This document shows, piece by piece, positions 1 to 12,539 of a stretch of DNA of 64,000 nt. Every line of letters begins with the position of its first letter. Position 1 is the stretch's first letter. Source of the stretch: Eledone cirrhosa. Lineage: Eukaryota. Location: NCBI GenBank assembly GCA_964016885.1, contig OZ024763.1, forward strand, positions 27,342,001 through 27,406,000, in the 5' to 3' direction. The notes beneath the pieces were generated by a model. That model was not told the origin of the DNA. It saw only the letters and a list, made by a program, of their open reading frames with translations, and ran no database searches. A program made the translations under genes and the position numbers.

Positions 1-156
1 CCTTGCTAGCAGAGAAGTCGGACATTAAATAGTGATTAAAATGATGATGATGATGGAGGAAGATTTCCTTTCCCCATCAAAAATTATTTATTTTTTTTTT
101 TTTTTTTGAAAATTTATCTATGTATTAAAAATAAATTTTTTTTTTAAATTTTAAAG

Positions 157-852
157 TTGTCCAAGAACGAGAACGAAGAAAGATCCGATGTTCCGGAAGA
201 GTTGCAAAAACTGGCAGAGAATTCTCCACCAGATGTCACTGTCGACAAAGACGGTGCTGTCACCTCTGACAACAGCAAACTTAAAGATGTTGATGTTACT
301 GCTACTGCTGATGATGATGCTGATGCTGACTCCAACACCACAACAACAGCCACAAACGCGTCTGTGGAATCGGCTACGAATGGTGGTGACACCCTCGACC
401 TCAGTCTAAGCAACAATGACAACAACAACAACAACATAGACGCAGCTCCACAGACTCAGACAGGAACGCAATCAAAGACGAAGACAGACATCGAGAAGAT
501 GATGGACACTCTGTGTCTGGCCCCTCCAGACGATTCTAAGGAGAAAAGCCAGAGGAACAAGAAAGACAATGGAGAGGGTACATCGATTAAAGGAAAAGAT
601 GAAACAGATGACGAGAATGAAGAAGAAGATGGTGGTGAAGGTGGTGACCAGCTAACTGCAGATGTTGATGCTGATTCACAGAGTAGGACTGCTGCACCGC
701 CAGATACCACCACCACCACCACCACCACCAACAACAACTGCTGTGCTGTAGAGAACTCTGTCGACATCCTCGACACACACCAATTGCTTGAGTTTCTCAC
801 CTCCCTTCACGTCGGTCAGACGATCCAGTCTGGGGTCACGTCGTTAGGAATG
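157..852 (+). CDS. LSG1: LSG1 internal exon (long acidic/Thr/Asn low-complexity region preceding the G1 motif)
   Basis: AG at 155-156 after a T-rich tract; open 696 nt ending ...GVTSLGM; GTAAGT donor at 853; joins in phase 0 to VGFPNVGKSS of the next exon. Upstream exons lie outside the window. Confidence 0.8.
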
Positions 853-869
853 GTAAGTCTGGTCTTTGA

Positions 870-1160
870 TCATCATCACCACCATTACTAGTACCATTGC
901 TACTACCACTGCCACCACCAATACCATCATCACCACCACCACCACCACCACCACCACTATCAATACCACTACTGCTACAACCAACATTACCATCCTCCTA
1001 ATTTCCACTGCCACCATTAATATCATTCTAATTACCACCACCATTATCACCGCTACTACTACTACCACCATTATCACCGCTACTACTACTACCACCATTA
1101 TCACCGTCACCACAACCACCACCAATATCACCATTATCATCAATACAGCCACAACCATCA
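870..1160. repeat. (ACC/ACT)n trinucleotide low-complexity tract in LSG1 intron
   Basis: Degenerate CAC/TAC triplets. Confidence 0.85.
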
Positions 1161-1192
1161 TGTACTCTATGTATTATTTCCTATTTCTTCAG

Positions 1193-1294
1193 GTTGGTTT
1201 CCCCAATGTTGGTAAAAGTTCCACAATCAATGCCATACTTCAAACCAAGAAAGTTCCAGTGTCTGCTACCCCTGGACGTACAAAACATTTTCAG
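1193..1294 (+). CDS. LSG1: LSG1 exon with G1/P-loop and G2 motifs
   Basis: cttcag acceptor; VGFPNVGKSSTINAILQTKKVPVSATPGRTKHFQ is the YlqF/YawG circularly permuted GTPase signature of LSG1; GTAAAT donor at 1295. Confidence 0.95.
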
Positions 1295-1404
1295 GTAAAT
1301 AATTATTATGCTAGCACATATAACCTCCCTAATTCCTCCATGCATCTTTAAGAAATTACAAATATTATACATTGTATAACTCATGTAAAATATAGTTGAC
1401 ATAA

Positions 1405-1740
1405 TCATCATCATTTCATTTTACGTCCACTTTTCCCTGCTTGCAAGGGTGGGACGGGAACTGATTCTGGCTTGATTTCTACAGCTGGATGCCCTTCCTA
1501 ACACCAACCTCATTTACAGTGAGTGCTGGGTGTTTTTTTGCCGTGGCACCTCCACGACCACTTTGCAGTGGAATGATAGGGACCCCAGTCCCTATCATCT
1601 CATTTCTACAGCTGAGTAAACTGAAGCAATGTGAAATAAAGTGCCTTGCTCAAGGAAACAACACATCACCCGGTCTGAGAATTGAACTCACAACCTTTCG
1701 ATTGCAAAGCCAATGCTCTAACCACTAAGCCATGTGCCTC
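1405..1740 (-). mobile_element. SINE fragments (family with RTE-like (TGA)n tail plus a tRNA-like head)
   Basis: Shares the ctacagctggatgcccttcctaacacc motif with many copies in the window; the reverse strand shows A-box-like ggcttagtggttagagc and B-box-like gagttcaattc. Confidence 0.7.
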
Positions 1741-2030
1741 CATATATATACTTGCGTATAATATCAATATACACACTACACATGCTAGCAGAAAACTACC
1801 TGAAGGGCGGTTTCTCTGCTAGTATTACATAATGATGATGATGATGATGGTTATATATTTTTGATGGGTTGTGGTGCACCTGGGCACTGTGCACAATATT
1901 TCATTATTGTTATTGTTATTATATCATGACTCATACACTGTTTATTTTCCTGACATTTGTACATTATTCTATGTACTATACATGCACCTTTGATGAGTTG
2001 TAGTGCACCTGAGCACTGTACACAATAATT

Positions 2031-2062
<32 letters not shown>

Positions 2063-2079
2063 TTTGTTTTGTTTTTCAG

Positions 2080-2223
2080 ACATTGTATGTCGACAAAAAT
2101 ATAATGCTGTGTGATTGTCCAGGACTTGTCTTTCCTTCGTTTGTGTCGACAAAAGCTGATCTAATCATCAATGGAATATTACCTATTGATCAGTTACGAG
2201 ATCATGTCCCTCCTGTATCACTA
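2080..2223 (+). CDS. LSG1: LSG1 exon with G3 motif (DCPG)
   Basis: tttcag acceptor; TLYVDKNIMLCDCPGLVFPSFVSTKADLIINGILPIDQLRDHVPPVSL; GTAAGT donor at 2224. Confidence 0.95.
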
Positions 2224-2300
2224 GTAAGTCTCCTTCACCCCCTTTTCCTCCTCCCACTTTCTTTCTGTTTCTCCCCCTCCTCTCTCTTTGTGTATGTGTA

Positions 2301-2406
2301 TACAGGGTGTCCCCAAAAATTGTATAAACACTTCAACAGCATTCTAATAGATATTGCTTGTACAGGTAATCAAAGTGTGTATACATTTTGGGGGGACACC
2401 ATGTAT
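2301..2406. mobile_element. Tc1/mariner-type MITE (related copies ~47563-47645 and ~50004-50086)
   Basis: TA-CAGGGTGTCCCCAAAAA ... TTTTGGGGGACACCATG-TA terminal inverted repeats flanked by TA. Confidence 0.7.
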
Positions 2407-3039
2407 ATATATCTATCTATATATATCTTTATATCTATATATATCTATATATATCTTTAAGTCGTTTGGAAGCCTCGACAATGCAAATGGGTAAATCTCC
2501 GGGTAACAAGATCCGGTGGTAGAGAGAGAGATGTAAGTGGGTGTACGTTGAGATGTGTGGTGTGTATAAGAAGTGTAGAAGAATGAAGGATAAAATAAAA
2601 ATAAGAACACGAGAGAGAGTTACCTTCACCACCACCGGAGATTTACCCATTTGCATTGTCGAGGCTTCCAAACGACTTAAAGATATTTACCTATTATTCC
2701 ACAATGCTTCAAGCAAACTTCAATACTCTCTTATCTATATATATATTTGTTTTGCGAGGTTTTTGATATGAAATCGTGTGTCAAAACTAACATTATTATA
2801 CTTGGGGAGGGTCATATTGCCAGAATTAATAACACACTCACTGTTTGGTTGGTTTTCGCTTCTGTATCTTTTATATCAGTGAATTTATTCGGTCCTCAAT
2901 GTTTACCATTGACTGACCAACGGTCAAAAATATATATATAAACACATACTATATATAGAGTTATAAACTCAAACAGTCTTTTACAATTAAATAGCTCAAA
3001 GAAAGAGATATTTCTGAGCCGTGAAATACAAATTAATAT

Positions 3040-3338
3040 AAATTAATATATGATAAACACTAATACAATTATATAAGTGTTTGTATTGCAAATGACCAAG
3101 TTAGCTAGATTGAAAAATACTAATTAACTTAATACAGTTTGCCTGTCTCGATTTAAAATAATAAATCAATAAAAACAAACTCATATTGGCAATATGGGTT
3201 TGTTTTTATTGATTTATTATTTTAAATCGAGACAGGCAAACTGTATTAATTTAATTAGTATTTTTCAATCTAGCTAACTTGGTCATTTGCAATACAAACA
3301 CTTATATAATTGTATTAGTGTTTATCATATATTAATTT
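3040..3338. repeat. Near-perfect palindrome, 149-bp arms, 1-nt spacer
   Basis: Arms are reverse complements about G3189 with about 2 mismatches. Confidence 0.95.
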
Positions 3339-3659
3339 GTATATAAACACATATATATAGTCTAACAAAGTTCTTTCATTGCACATCTGCAACATCGTCA
3401 GTGGTGCTATTATGTTTCCTCCTGTTGTATTGTATGTCTACGCCATCTTTATTTTATCTGTTTATTTATTTATTTATTTATTTATTTATTTTTGTCTTCT
3501 TCTCTGCGCATGCGTTTGCGTGTGTCTATAGTGTTTGGTGTATGTTCGCGTTTGGGTGATTGTGTTTTGGTTATTGTATTCTATCTTAGTTTACTAGGGT
3601 GTGCTTATATGTGTTTGTTGTTATTGTGCTTGTGTATATATTTATTTATTTATTTAATA

Positions 3660-3836
3660 ATTGTTTCTACTTTTGGCACAAGGCCAGAAATAACCCAGTG
3701 CATTACTGGTACTTTATTTTATCGACCTCGTAAGGATGAAAGGCAAAGTTAACCTTGGCGGGATTTGAACTCAGAATGGCAAGGGCCGTAACTCTATGCG
3801 TCAAAGCATGACGTTCGACCCTCTACCGATACTGCC
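3660..3836 (-). mobile_element. tRNA-derived SINE (dominant family; other copies near 8925-9232, 17243-17452, 30852-31360, 31868-31970, 32986-33155, 37800-37915, 53630-53800, 62280-62412)
   Basis: Reverse strand has A box TGGCAGTATCGGTAGAG, B box GAGTTCAAATCC and a conserved ctttgcctttcatccttacg..gtcgataaaataaagtaccag core; more than a dozen copies in the window. Confidence 0.88.
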
Positions 3837-3948
3837 ATAAATAAATACCTACCATGTTTACCTATGTATCTATCTATGTACCTGTCAGTGTATTTATGTA
3901 TCAATCAATTTATCAAGCTATCCATCTACCTCTTTGTCATTTCCCCAG

Positions 3949-4072
3949 GTCTGTCAACAGATTCCTCGAGCCATTCTTGAAGACATATACGGTATTATGA
4001 TTCCTAAACCTGATGAATATGATGATCCAAACCGTCCACCCTCAGCCCTGGAACTTCTCGATGCCTATGGCT
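3949..4072 (+). CDS. LSG1: LSG1 exon
   Basis: ccccag acceptor; VCQQIPRAILEDIYGIMIPKPDEYDDPNRPPSALELLDAYG; phase-1 GTAAGT donor at 4073. Confidence 0.93.
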
Positions 4073-4116
4073 GTAAGTACACAGCTCAATTGTTGACCCT
4101 TTTCATACCAAACCAA

Positions 4117-4867
4117 AACCCTTTAGCATTTAAACCGGCTGTGTCCGGCCAGAAATCTCTCACCTCTTTCTGTACAAACCAGCCGTAACTGGCCGCTCAT
4201 ACTAACATTAAAGTATTGTTCTGAAAATAAATAATATCATCAAAATCTTATCGATTTGATATTATGTGAGATAAAGCCTTTTCTCTGAAAATACAGTAGT
4301 ATATATAGAGAAATGTAAATGCTAAAGGGTTAACTCTTTAGCATTTAAACCGGCTGTGTCCGGCCAGAAATCTCTCACCTCTTTCTGTACAAACCAGCCG
4401 TAACTGGCCGCTCATACTAACATTAAAGTATTGTTCTGAAAATAAATAATATCAAAATCTTATCGATTTGATATTATGTGAGATAAAGCCTTTACTGTGA
4501 AAATACAATAGTAAATATCTTCTTTTGACGCTAAACTCTGCCAGTTGTAGACTGCGCATCAACACAAGATATTTTTCTCAACAAAGTTCGATCACCAGCA
4601 GCAGAGTTCAAAGAGCAATGATCAAGCCCAGTCCATAAGTTGACATTATCAAGCCATCGTTTTGGCTGTCGGCCTCTGCTTCTCTTACCAGCCAACCTTG
4701 ATTCCAGGCATAACCTACTCACACCACGAGTTGATCTTTTTATATGACCGTATAGTTTGAGTACTCTTGACTTGACAATTGATGTAATTGGTCTAAGTCT
4801 GGTAATGTTGAGCAGCTCAGTGATACAGATACGGTAAATATAGAGTAAGGTAAATGCTAAAGGGTTA
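4117..4867. mobile_element. Two tandem piggyBac-type MITEs, the second interrupted by an RTE LINE fragment (~4525-4830, - strand)
   Basis: CCCTTTAGCATTTA ... TAAATGCTAAAGGG-TTAA termini; the insert translates ...RSRGRQPKRWLDNVNLWTGL, an RTE RT C-terminus. Confidence 0.75.
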
Positions 4868-5179
4868 AAGGAAAGAATTCTTTTAACAGAAACAATTGTG
4901 ATGGGAAATAACTCGTGTTGACTTTAAAGGGGAACAAGCCATGAGATGTTTAAAAAAGCTTGGTATTTACCGTGTATATTCGAATATAATTCGAGGAGTA
5001 TGTGACCCCTCCCCCCCCAAAAAAAAATTGGGGTTAGCTTATATCCGCCATGTAAATGTGTTAATTAGCTGCCTTGGCTTATAAGCGGGGTTTGGATTTT
5101 GGCCCATTTCTCAGACATAGAGTAGGGGACTGGCTTATGTTTGAGTATATAGTGTAAGTTATTTTTCCTTATTAAGTGA

Positions 5180-5715
5180 TGTGAAGAGAAATGGAATGAG
5201 ATGGTTGGGTCATGTGTTGAGGAAGAATGAAAGGGACTGGATGAAAGGAATAGAGAACCACTGGTGAATGTTGTGTAGTGAAATGGAATGAGATGGTTGG
5301 GTCATGTGTGGAGGAAGAACCAAAGGGGCTGAGTGAAAGGAATAGAGAATGACTGGTGAATGTTGTATAGTGAAATGGAATGAGATGGTTGGGTCATGTG
5401 TGGAGGAAGAATGAAAGTGGCTGGGAGAGAGGAGTGATGAGAATAGAGCCAGTGATGAATGTTGTGTTGTGTAGAGAAATCAAATGAGATGGTTTAGGGT
5501 CATGTGTTAAAGTATGAAAGTGATTGGGTGAGAGGAATAGAACCAGTGATGAATGTTGTGAAGACATGAGATGGTTGGGTCATGTGTTGAGGAAGGAAGG
5601 AAATAACTAGGTGAGAGGAATAGAACAGAACCAGTGATGGATGTTGTGTAGAGAAATGGAATGAGATGGTTGGGTCATGTGTTGAGGAAGGATGAAAGTG
5701 GCTGAGTGAGGATAA
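5180..5715 (+). repeat. Tandem ~90-115 bp repeats derived from an RTE LINE RT segment
   Basis: About 6 copies of aaatggaatgagatggttgggtcatgtg (..MRWLGHV..); further copies at 10040-10230. Confidence 0.7.
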
Positions 5716-5756
5716 CAAAGAGATTAATGTTTGTTATTTTTCATCTATCTCTTCAG

Positions 5757-5836
5757 ATATGCGTGGGTTCATGACCCCCAGCAGTGTCCCCGATTGTCCA
5801 CGGTCATCTCGGTATATACTTAAAGATTATGTCAAC
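5757..5836 (+). CDS. LSG1: LSG1 exon (not in ORF track)
   Basis: cttcag acceptor completes a Tyr codon; (Y)MRGFMTPSSVPDCPRSSRYILKDYVN matches the LSG1 RGFMT...RYILKDYV motif; GTAAGT donor at 5837. Confidence 0.93.
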
Positions 5837-6459
5837 GTAAGTTTGAGAAGAATACTGACTCTATCTTCTTTTCCTTTCATCATTTAACATTGCTTTTTTT
5901 CCCTGCTAGCAAGGTGTCATGCCAGCTTGAGTTTTCACAGACTGATTTGTTACTCAAATGGACCTCTACTGACTGCTCAGATCGAACCCCTACATAGGTC
6001 TCTATGCTCTACCGAGTGCATGTTATCGAGGGCCCCAGCACTAGGTAGGTTGTCATGTCCTTAGCACAGCTGAAGTGTCCTCTCAACCCTCGACTCAGGT
6101 CCTTGACACAACTGAAAAGACATCTAGATCCTTTGGTAGATCTTCTACAGCTGGTTGCCTTTTCTATGATCAATTCAAGGGAGGTTGCCAAATATTTGAC
6201 ACAATTGAAGACCCTTCTCAGCCCTTTGGTAGATATTCTACAGCTAGATGCCCTTCCTATCACCATTACTAGGGAGGTTGTCATGTCTTTTACACAGCTG
6301 AAGTAATTCTGACCCTTTGGTAGATCCTCTACAGTTGGTTGCCCTTCCTATGATCAATACTAGGGTGGTTGTCATGTCTTTGACACAACTGAAAAGTCCT
6401 CACAGTCTTTTGGTAGATCTTCTACAGCTGGTTGCCCTTACCACTAACCGCTTTACAGT

Positions 6460-7085
6460 GTTAGCTGGGAGCTTTTTGTTGTGACACCAACACGACCACT
6501 TTAGAGTGTTGGCTGGGAGCTTTTTGTTGTGACACCAACACGACCACTTTAGAGTGTTGGCTGGGAGCTTTTTGTTGTGACACCAACACGACCACTTTAG
6601 AGTGTTGGCTGGGAGCTTTTTGTTGTGACACCAACACGACCACTTTAGAGTGTTGGCTGGGAGCTTTTTGTTGTGACACCAACACGACCACTTTAGAGTG
6701 TTGGCTGGGAGCTTTTTGTTGTGACACCAACACGACCAGTTTAGAGTGTTGGCTGGGAGCTTTTTGTTGTGACACCAACACGACCACTTTAGAGTGTTGG
6801 CTGGGAGCTTTTTGTTGTGACACCAACACGACCACTTTAGAGTGTTGGCTGGGAGCTTTTTGTTGTGACACCAACACGACCACTTTAGAGTGTTGGCTGG
6901 GAGCTTTTTGTTGTGACACCAACACGACCACTTTAGAGTTGGCTGGGAGCTTTTTGTTGTGACACCTACATGACTACTTTAGAGTGTTGGCAGGGAGCTT
7001 TTTGTTGTGACACCTACATGACTACTTTAGAGTGTTGGCAGGGAGCTTTTTGTTGTGACACCTACATGACTACTTTACAGTGTGT
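6460..7085. repeat. 45-bp minisatellite, ~14 copies
   Basis: Unit gtgttggctgggagctttttgttgtgacaccaacacgaccactttaga-like; 15-codon periodicity in the ORF track. Confidence 0.95.
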
Positions 7086-7285
7086 GCTGGGGATGGGGAC
7101 AGAGGTGTAATGATGTGGGTGAAGGGTGGAGTGTTTGGACATGGGAGGTCTAGGGAAGGGGGTGGGAAAAATATTTTGTCAGTTTTTATCTGTTTTCATA
7201 CATGTATTTGGGTGACACAACTTTAACAACCTTTTTTATCTTTATATATTTAACCCTTCTCTTCCTCTCTTCTGGTCTTTGACAG

Positions 7286-7396
7286 GGAAAGCTCTTGTAT
7301 TGCAATCCCCCTCCTGGGGTTCCACCTGAAGACTTCTGTGACAATCTGCAGATGTCTTTGAAAAAGGTCAAGAAAGAAAATTCCGAAAAACCTGAG
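7286..7396 (+). CDS. LSG1: LSG1 exon (not in ORF track)
   Basis: gacag acceptor; GKLLYCNPPPGVPPEDFCDNLQMSLKKVKKENSEKPE (LSG1 GKLLYCxPPPG motif); GTAAGA donor at 7397. Confidence 0.92.
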
Positions 7397-7609
7397 GTAA
7401 GATATATGTGTGGGTAATTTCGTAGGGTAGACCCCGAGCAAGATGGTTGGATAACATCCATGAACTTGGCTGGTCACGCTTGGGGATCCAGTCGGATCAG
7501 TGGGAGAGGGTTGCTTCTGACAGGACTTACTGGAGGGAGTGTTTGAGGACTCTGCCCCCCACGACCCTCTCAGGAATAAGTGGGTGAAGAAGCAGACCTT
7601 TTTTAGGAA

Positions 7610-8615
7610 GGTGGTAGTGCTGGGGCCACAATAAATTGCACCCAGTCCACCCTGTAAGGTGATAGTGCTGGTGCCACAACAAAAAGCACCCAGTCCACCC
7701 TGTACAGTTGTGGTACTGGTGCCACAACAAATAGCACCCAGTCCACCCTGTACGGTTGTAGTACTGGTGTCATAACAAACAGCACCCAGTCCACCTTGTA
7801 CAGTTGTGGTACTGGTGCCACAACAAATAGCACTCAGTCCACACTGTAAGGTGGTAGTGCTGGTGCCACAACAAATAGCACCCAGTCCATCCTGTACGGT
7901 TGTAGTACTGGTGCCACAACAAATAGCACCCAGTCCACCCTGTAAGGTGGTAGTGCTGGTGTCACAATAAATTGCACCCTGTCCACCCTGTAAGTTGGTA
8001 GTACTGGCGCCACAACAAAAAGCACCCAGTCCACCCTGTACGGTTGTAGTACTGGTGCCATAACAAACAGCACCCAGTCCACCCTGTACAGTTGTGGTAC
8101 TGGTGCCACAACAAATAGCACTCAGTCCACACTGTAAGGTGGTAGTGCTGGTGCCACAACAAATAGCACCCAGTCCACCCTGTACGGTTGTAGTACTGGT
8201 GCCACAACAAATAGCACCCAGTCCACCCTGTAAGGTGGTAGTGCTGGTGTCACAATAAATTGCACCCTGTCCACCCTGTAAGTTGGTAGTACTGGCGCCA
8301 CAACAAAAAGCACCCAGTCCACCCTGTAAGGTGGTAGTACTGGCGCCACAACAAAAAGCACCCAGTCCACCCTGTACGGTTGTAGTACTGGTGCCATAAC
8401 AAACAGCATCCAGTCCACCCTGTACAGTTGTACTGGTGCCACAACAAATAGCACCCAGTCCACCCTGTAAGGTGGTAGTGCTGGTGCCACAACAAATAGC
8501 ACCCAGTCCACCCTGTAAGGTGGTAGTGCTGGTGTCACAATAAATTGCACCCTGTCCACCCTGTAAGTTGGTAGTACTGGCGCCACAACAGAAAGCACCT
8601 AGTCCACCCTGTAAG
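7610..8615. repeat. 48-bp minisatellite, ~21 copies, SINE-derived
   Basis: Unit gcacccagtccaccctgtaaggtggtagtgctggtgccacaacaaata. Confidence 0.95.
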
Positions 8616-9278
8616 GTACCCGCAATAGCTGGCGGGGTCTAACCCAGCTATGGACTGGCATCCTGTCCAGGGGAAGTCTAATATTCCCAGTTGTTTCATG
8701 CCATGGAAACTGGGATAAGCACCGGCCTCTGAGTTCAAGAGATGTAGACTTTAATCCTATGATGGACTGGCATCCTGTCCAGGGGAAGTCTTATACTCTC
8801 AGTTGTTTCACGCCACAAGCACTGGCCTGATGAGCCCTGGGTTCGACACAGGCTTTAAAAGCAGACAGCAATGTTGCCATTTTGTCTTATTTTCTTCTCG
8901 TTCACGTAAACATTTCATAAATCGCGCCAAGGTCAACTTTGCCTTTCATCCTTACGGGGGTAGATAAAATAAAGTACCAGTAATGCACTGGGTAATTGCT
9001 GGCCTTGTGCCAAAAGTAGAAACAATTATTTTACTTGGTAGAACATCAGACACCATGCTTAGTGGCATATAGTTACGGTCCTTTATATTTCGAGTTCAAA
9101 GCTAACCACCGAGGTTAGCTTTGCCCTTTATTACGGGGGTTGATAAAATAAAGTACCGGTAATGCACTAGGGTTGATTTAATAGACTTTCCTCTCCCCTT
9201 AAATTGCTGGCCTTGTGCCTAAATCAGAAAACATTATTTTACTGTTATATTTCCTAATATATTCCACTTAATTTTCAG

Positions 9279-9326
9279 ATTAAAAACCAACGCCAAAAGA
9301 TGATTGATTCAACTTTTTTCACCAAT
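9279..9326 (+). CDS. LSG1: LSG1 48-nt micro-exon
   Basis: tttcag acceptor; IKNQRQKMIDSTFFTN resembles the LSG1 C-terminal 'VDKTFF' motif; GTATGT donor at 9327; phase 0 on both sides. Confidence 0.8.
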
Positions 9327-11008
9327 GTATGTTTTTTTAAATTTTATATCTCTTCCCCGAATATGAGTTTTGTGTGTACCTGTGTGTACCTGTGTGTGTA
9401 TTTGTATGGTTGATAATCCTTTATGAAAAGTTCAAAATGATTTATGCCAAGAGAGAATTTTTATAAATTTTAAATGTGTTTTTACAAATATTTGTCAATT
9501 ATTTCAGCAGTTTTAGAATGTAATGTTGTGTTAGGAAATTTTTATGAATTTTTAATGTTTTCTTTTTCAAATGTTTAGCACTTACTGTGAATATTTAAAT
9601 ACTGTTGCAATATTTAAAAAAATATTTTACACTTACTGTGAAAGAATTTAAATACTCTTTCGATGCTTAAAAATTATTTTACACTTTCTGTGAACGAATT
9701 TAAATACCCTTTTTATGCTTTTTAAAATGTTTTACACTTACTGTGAACGAATTTAAATACTCTTTCGATGCTTTTAAAAATGTTTTACACTTATTGTGAA
9801 CGAATTTAAATACTCTTTTGATGTTTCTTTCAAATATTTCGACCACGTGGATTCGTCGTTCCATAATCTAAAAGGTCTTTTTAATTTGCTATAAATTACA
9901 CGACCGTAAACCAAAAGTTTTCCTAACTGTACACAAACAAAATTTCCTTCATTTCCTCAAAAATTATAATCGCTATAACAATGCAGTCTTCGTTCATTTA
10001 AAACTTTTATTGCGAGAGCAATCTTATTGATATTATTTGTGATCATGAGTGGAAGAAGGCTGAAAGTGACAGGAATAGAACCAGTGATGAATTTTGTAAA
10101 GAGAGATGGAATGAGGTGGCTGGGTCATGTTGAAGAGGTATGAAAGTGACAGGGTGACAGGAATAAAACCAGTGATGAATTTTGTAAAGAGAGATGGAAT
10201 GAGATGGCTGGGTCATGTATTGAGGAAGGGTTGGTTTATATTCTCCATCTAAACATAATGTGTTGATTTGCCCATTTCTCAGGCAAAAGAATTGGGGGTG
10301 GTTTATATTTGACTAATACTGTAAATGTGGTTGGTGTTAGGAAGGGCATCCAGCTGTAAAAATCTCGGCAAAATTTACAGTTGGTCTCAGCAAGGCATGG
10401 CGTGGCCAATTGTGGCCAAACTTGTCTCTTAACGTGGACGACTCGTCTAACCTATACAAGCATGGCAAACGGACATTAACCCTTAGAGCATTTAAACCGG
10501 CTATATCCAGCCAGAATTTTCTCACCTTTTTCTGTTTAAACCGACTGTAACCGGCTGCTCATACTGATGTTAATGTATTATTCTCGAAATCGATTCGATA
10601 TTATGTGAGGTAACGCCTTTACCGTGAAAATATAATAGTAAATATAAATATAGAGTAATGTCAATGCTACAGGGTTAAACAGTGGTGGTGATGATGATGA
10701 TGATGATATAGTAAATTTGAGCTGTAAATTTTATTTTATTTTATTTATTTTATGATGTGGAGGGAAAGAGAAAGAGAGAGGAGAGAGAGAGAGAGGATAA
10801 AATAATGGAAAGCAAGTTGACTAAAGAGCGGAGTAAAACAAAAAGGAAAAGGAATTGAAAAAAGAAGCCTATGGCATTGCATGGTATGGCATGGAAGGAT
10901 TGAACTCCCTAATTCCCTATTTTATTATGGCCAATTTATTATTTTTTTTATTATTATTATTATTATTTTATTTACAATGTCCCTATCCATGTTTCCACAT
11001 ATTTGCAG

Positions 11009-11194
11009 AACACTATGAGTTATGCGTACTCGAAGGGTAAACAAGGGGTGAAAGGCTACGCACGTCTGGATGGGCTGAAGCAGGTGGGCTTAACGGACGG
11101 GGACCCCAACAAGAAGCCCGGCGGTAAGAAGCACTTCAACAAAAACAGGAAGGAGAAGCTGAGGCGAGTGTATCGATACCTTGACGAATACTGA
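11009..11194 (+). CDS. LSG1: LSG1 terminal coding exon
   Basis: ttgcag acceptor; ends ...[26 protein letters not shown]-stop, the typical LSG1 basic C-terminus. Confidence 0.92.
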   Translation, partial: NTMSYAYSKGKQGVKGYARLDGLKQVGLTDGDPNKKPGGKKHFNKNRKEKLRRVYRYLDEY

Positions 11195-11239
11195 GGCCCG
11201 GCCCTGGAGGAGCGTATATACTATCAGTGTGTATGCATT

Positions 11240-11638
11240 TGTGTGTGTGTGTATATATATATTCACACACCTGTACATATGTATGTGGGTGTGTGGATAT
11301 ATATATATATATATATATATGTTCATATGTATGTGTACATATGTGTATGTATATACATATATATATATATATATATTCACACACCTGTACATATGTATGT
11401 GGGTGTGTGGATATATATATATATATATATATATGTTCATATGTATGTGTACATATGTGTATGTATATACATATATATATATATATATATTCACACACCT
11501 GTACATATGTATGTGGGTGTGTGGATATATATATATATATATATATATGTTCATATGTATGTGTACATGTGTATGTATATACACATATATATATATATAT
11601 ATATTCGCACACCTGTACATACGAATGTGGGTGTGTAG

Positions 11639-11679
<41 letters not shown>

Positions 11680-11770
11680 TATGCATGTGTACATATGCAT
11701 ATGTGTGTATATGTATATTCATACACATGTACATGTGTGTGTGTGTGTGTGTATATATATATTCACATAC
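11240..11770. repeat. Compound-microsatellite tandem repeat (~115 bp x4) in LSG1 3' UTR
   Basis: Repeated attcacacacctgtacatatgtatgtgggtgtgtggata(ta)n blocks. Confidence 0.85.
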
Positions 11771-12037
11771 ATGAATATATAGGCATACACACATATACAT
11801 CTATTTATCTATTTATCTATCTATATGTATATATGTATACACATACACACACATGAATATATATATATATTATATACACTGTCTGTGCATAGAGTGCTTG
11901 ATTTGGTACCACACCAGTACATCGCTGTACTACCTACACTATAAATACACACACACACACACACATATATACATACAGATATATGTATAGATGTACATAT
12001 ACATAAACATACATTAAAATTTTGCTGTATTTTTTAC

Positions 12038-12043
12038 AATAAA
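12038..12043 (+). terminator. Candidate LSG1 polyadenylation signal AATAAA
   Basis: First AATAAA noticed after the microsatellite-rich 3' UTR, with a U/GU-rich tract about 45 nt downstream. Confidence 0.5.
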
Positions 12044-12244
12044 GAGAAAAAAACTAAAGGAAAAAATACACATTCTTAAAAAATAATTTGCTGTTTCTTA
12101 CAGAAATACATTTGCTTTAGGGATATAGTGTAGATATTGTTATAGGATAGGATGCCCAACGGTCAAGCTTAAACCTTTCCAATGGGAAATTTAACCATAG
12201 ATCATTTTCCCATCTTGGTATCGAAACTGTTTAAACTTGTCTGT

Positions 12245-12520
12245 TAAGTATCATATCCCATCCCCAACCCACAAGTTAAGCATCATATCCTATCCCCTCC
12301 CTACAAGTTAAGCATCATATCCTATCCCATCCCACAAGTTAAGCATCATATCCCATCCCCACCCTACAAGTTAAGCATCATATCCCATCCCCACCCTACA
12401 AGTTAAGCATCTTATCCCATCCCCACCCCACAAGTTAAGCATCATATCCCATCCCCACCCCACAAGTTAAGCATCATATCCCATCCCCACCCTACAAGTT
12501 AAGCATCATATCCCATCAAT
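12245..12520. repeat. ~34-bp minisatellite
   Basis: caagttaagcatcatatcccatccccacc x~8. Confidence 0.9.
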
Positions 12521-12539
12521 GTATCACCAGATAAGTTAA

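Noticed and set aside
6460-8615. CRISPR-like appearance of regular repeats (also 29165-30000, 41690-47280, 52002-53517)
   Set aside because: Contiguous tandem units without unique spacers, no cas genes, eukaryotic context.
8820-8855. CTGATGAG motif as a possible hammerhead
   Set aside because: No GAAA or stem III; it is part of a SINE-like tail also seen at 16180-16300.
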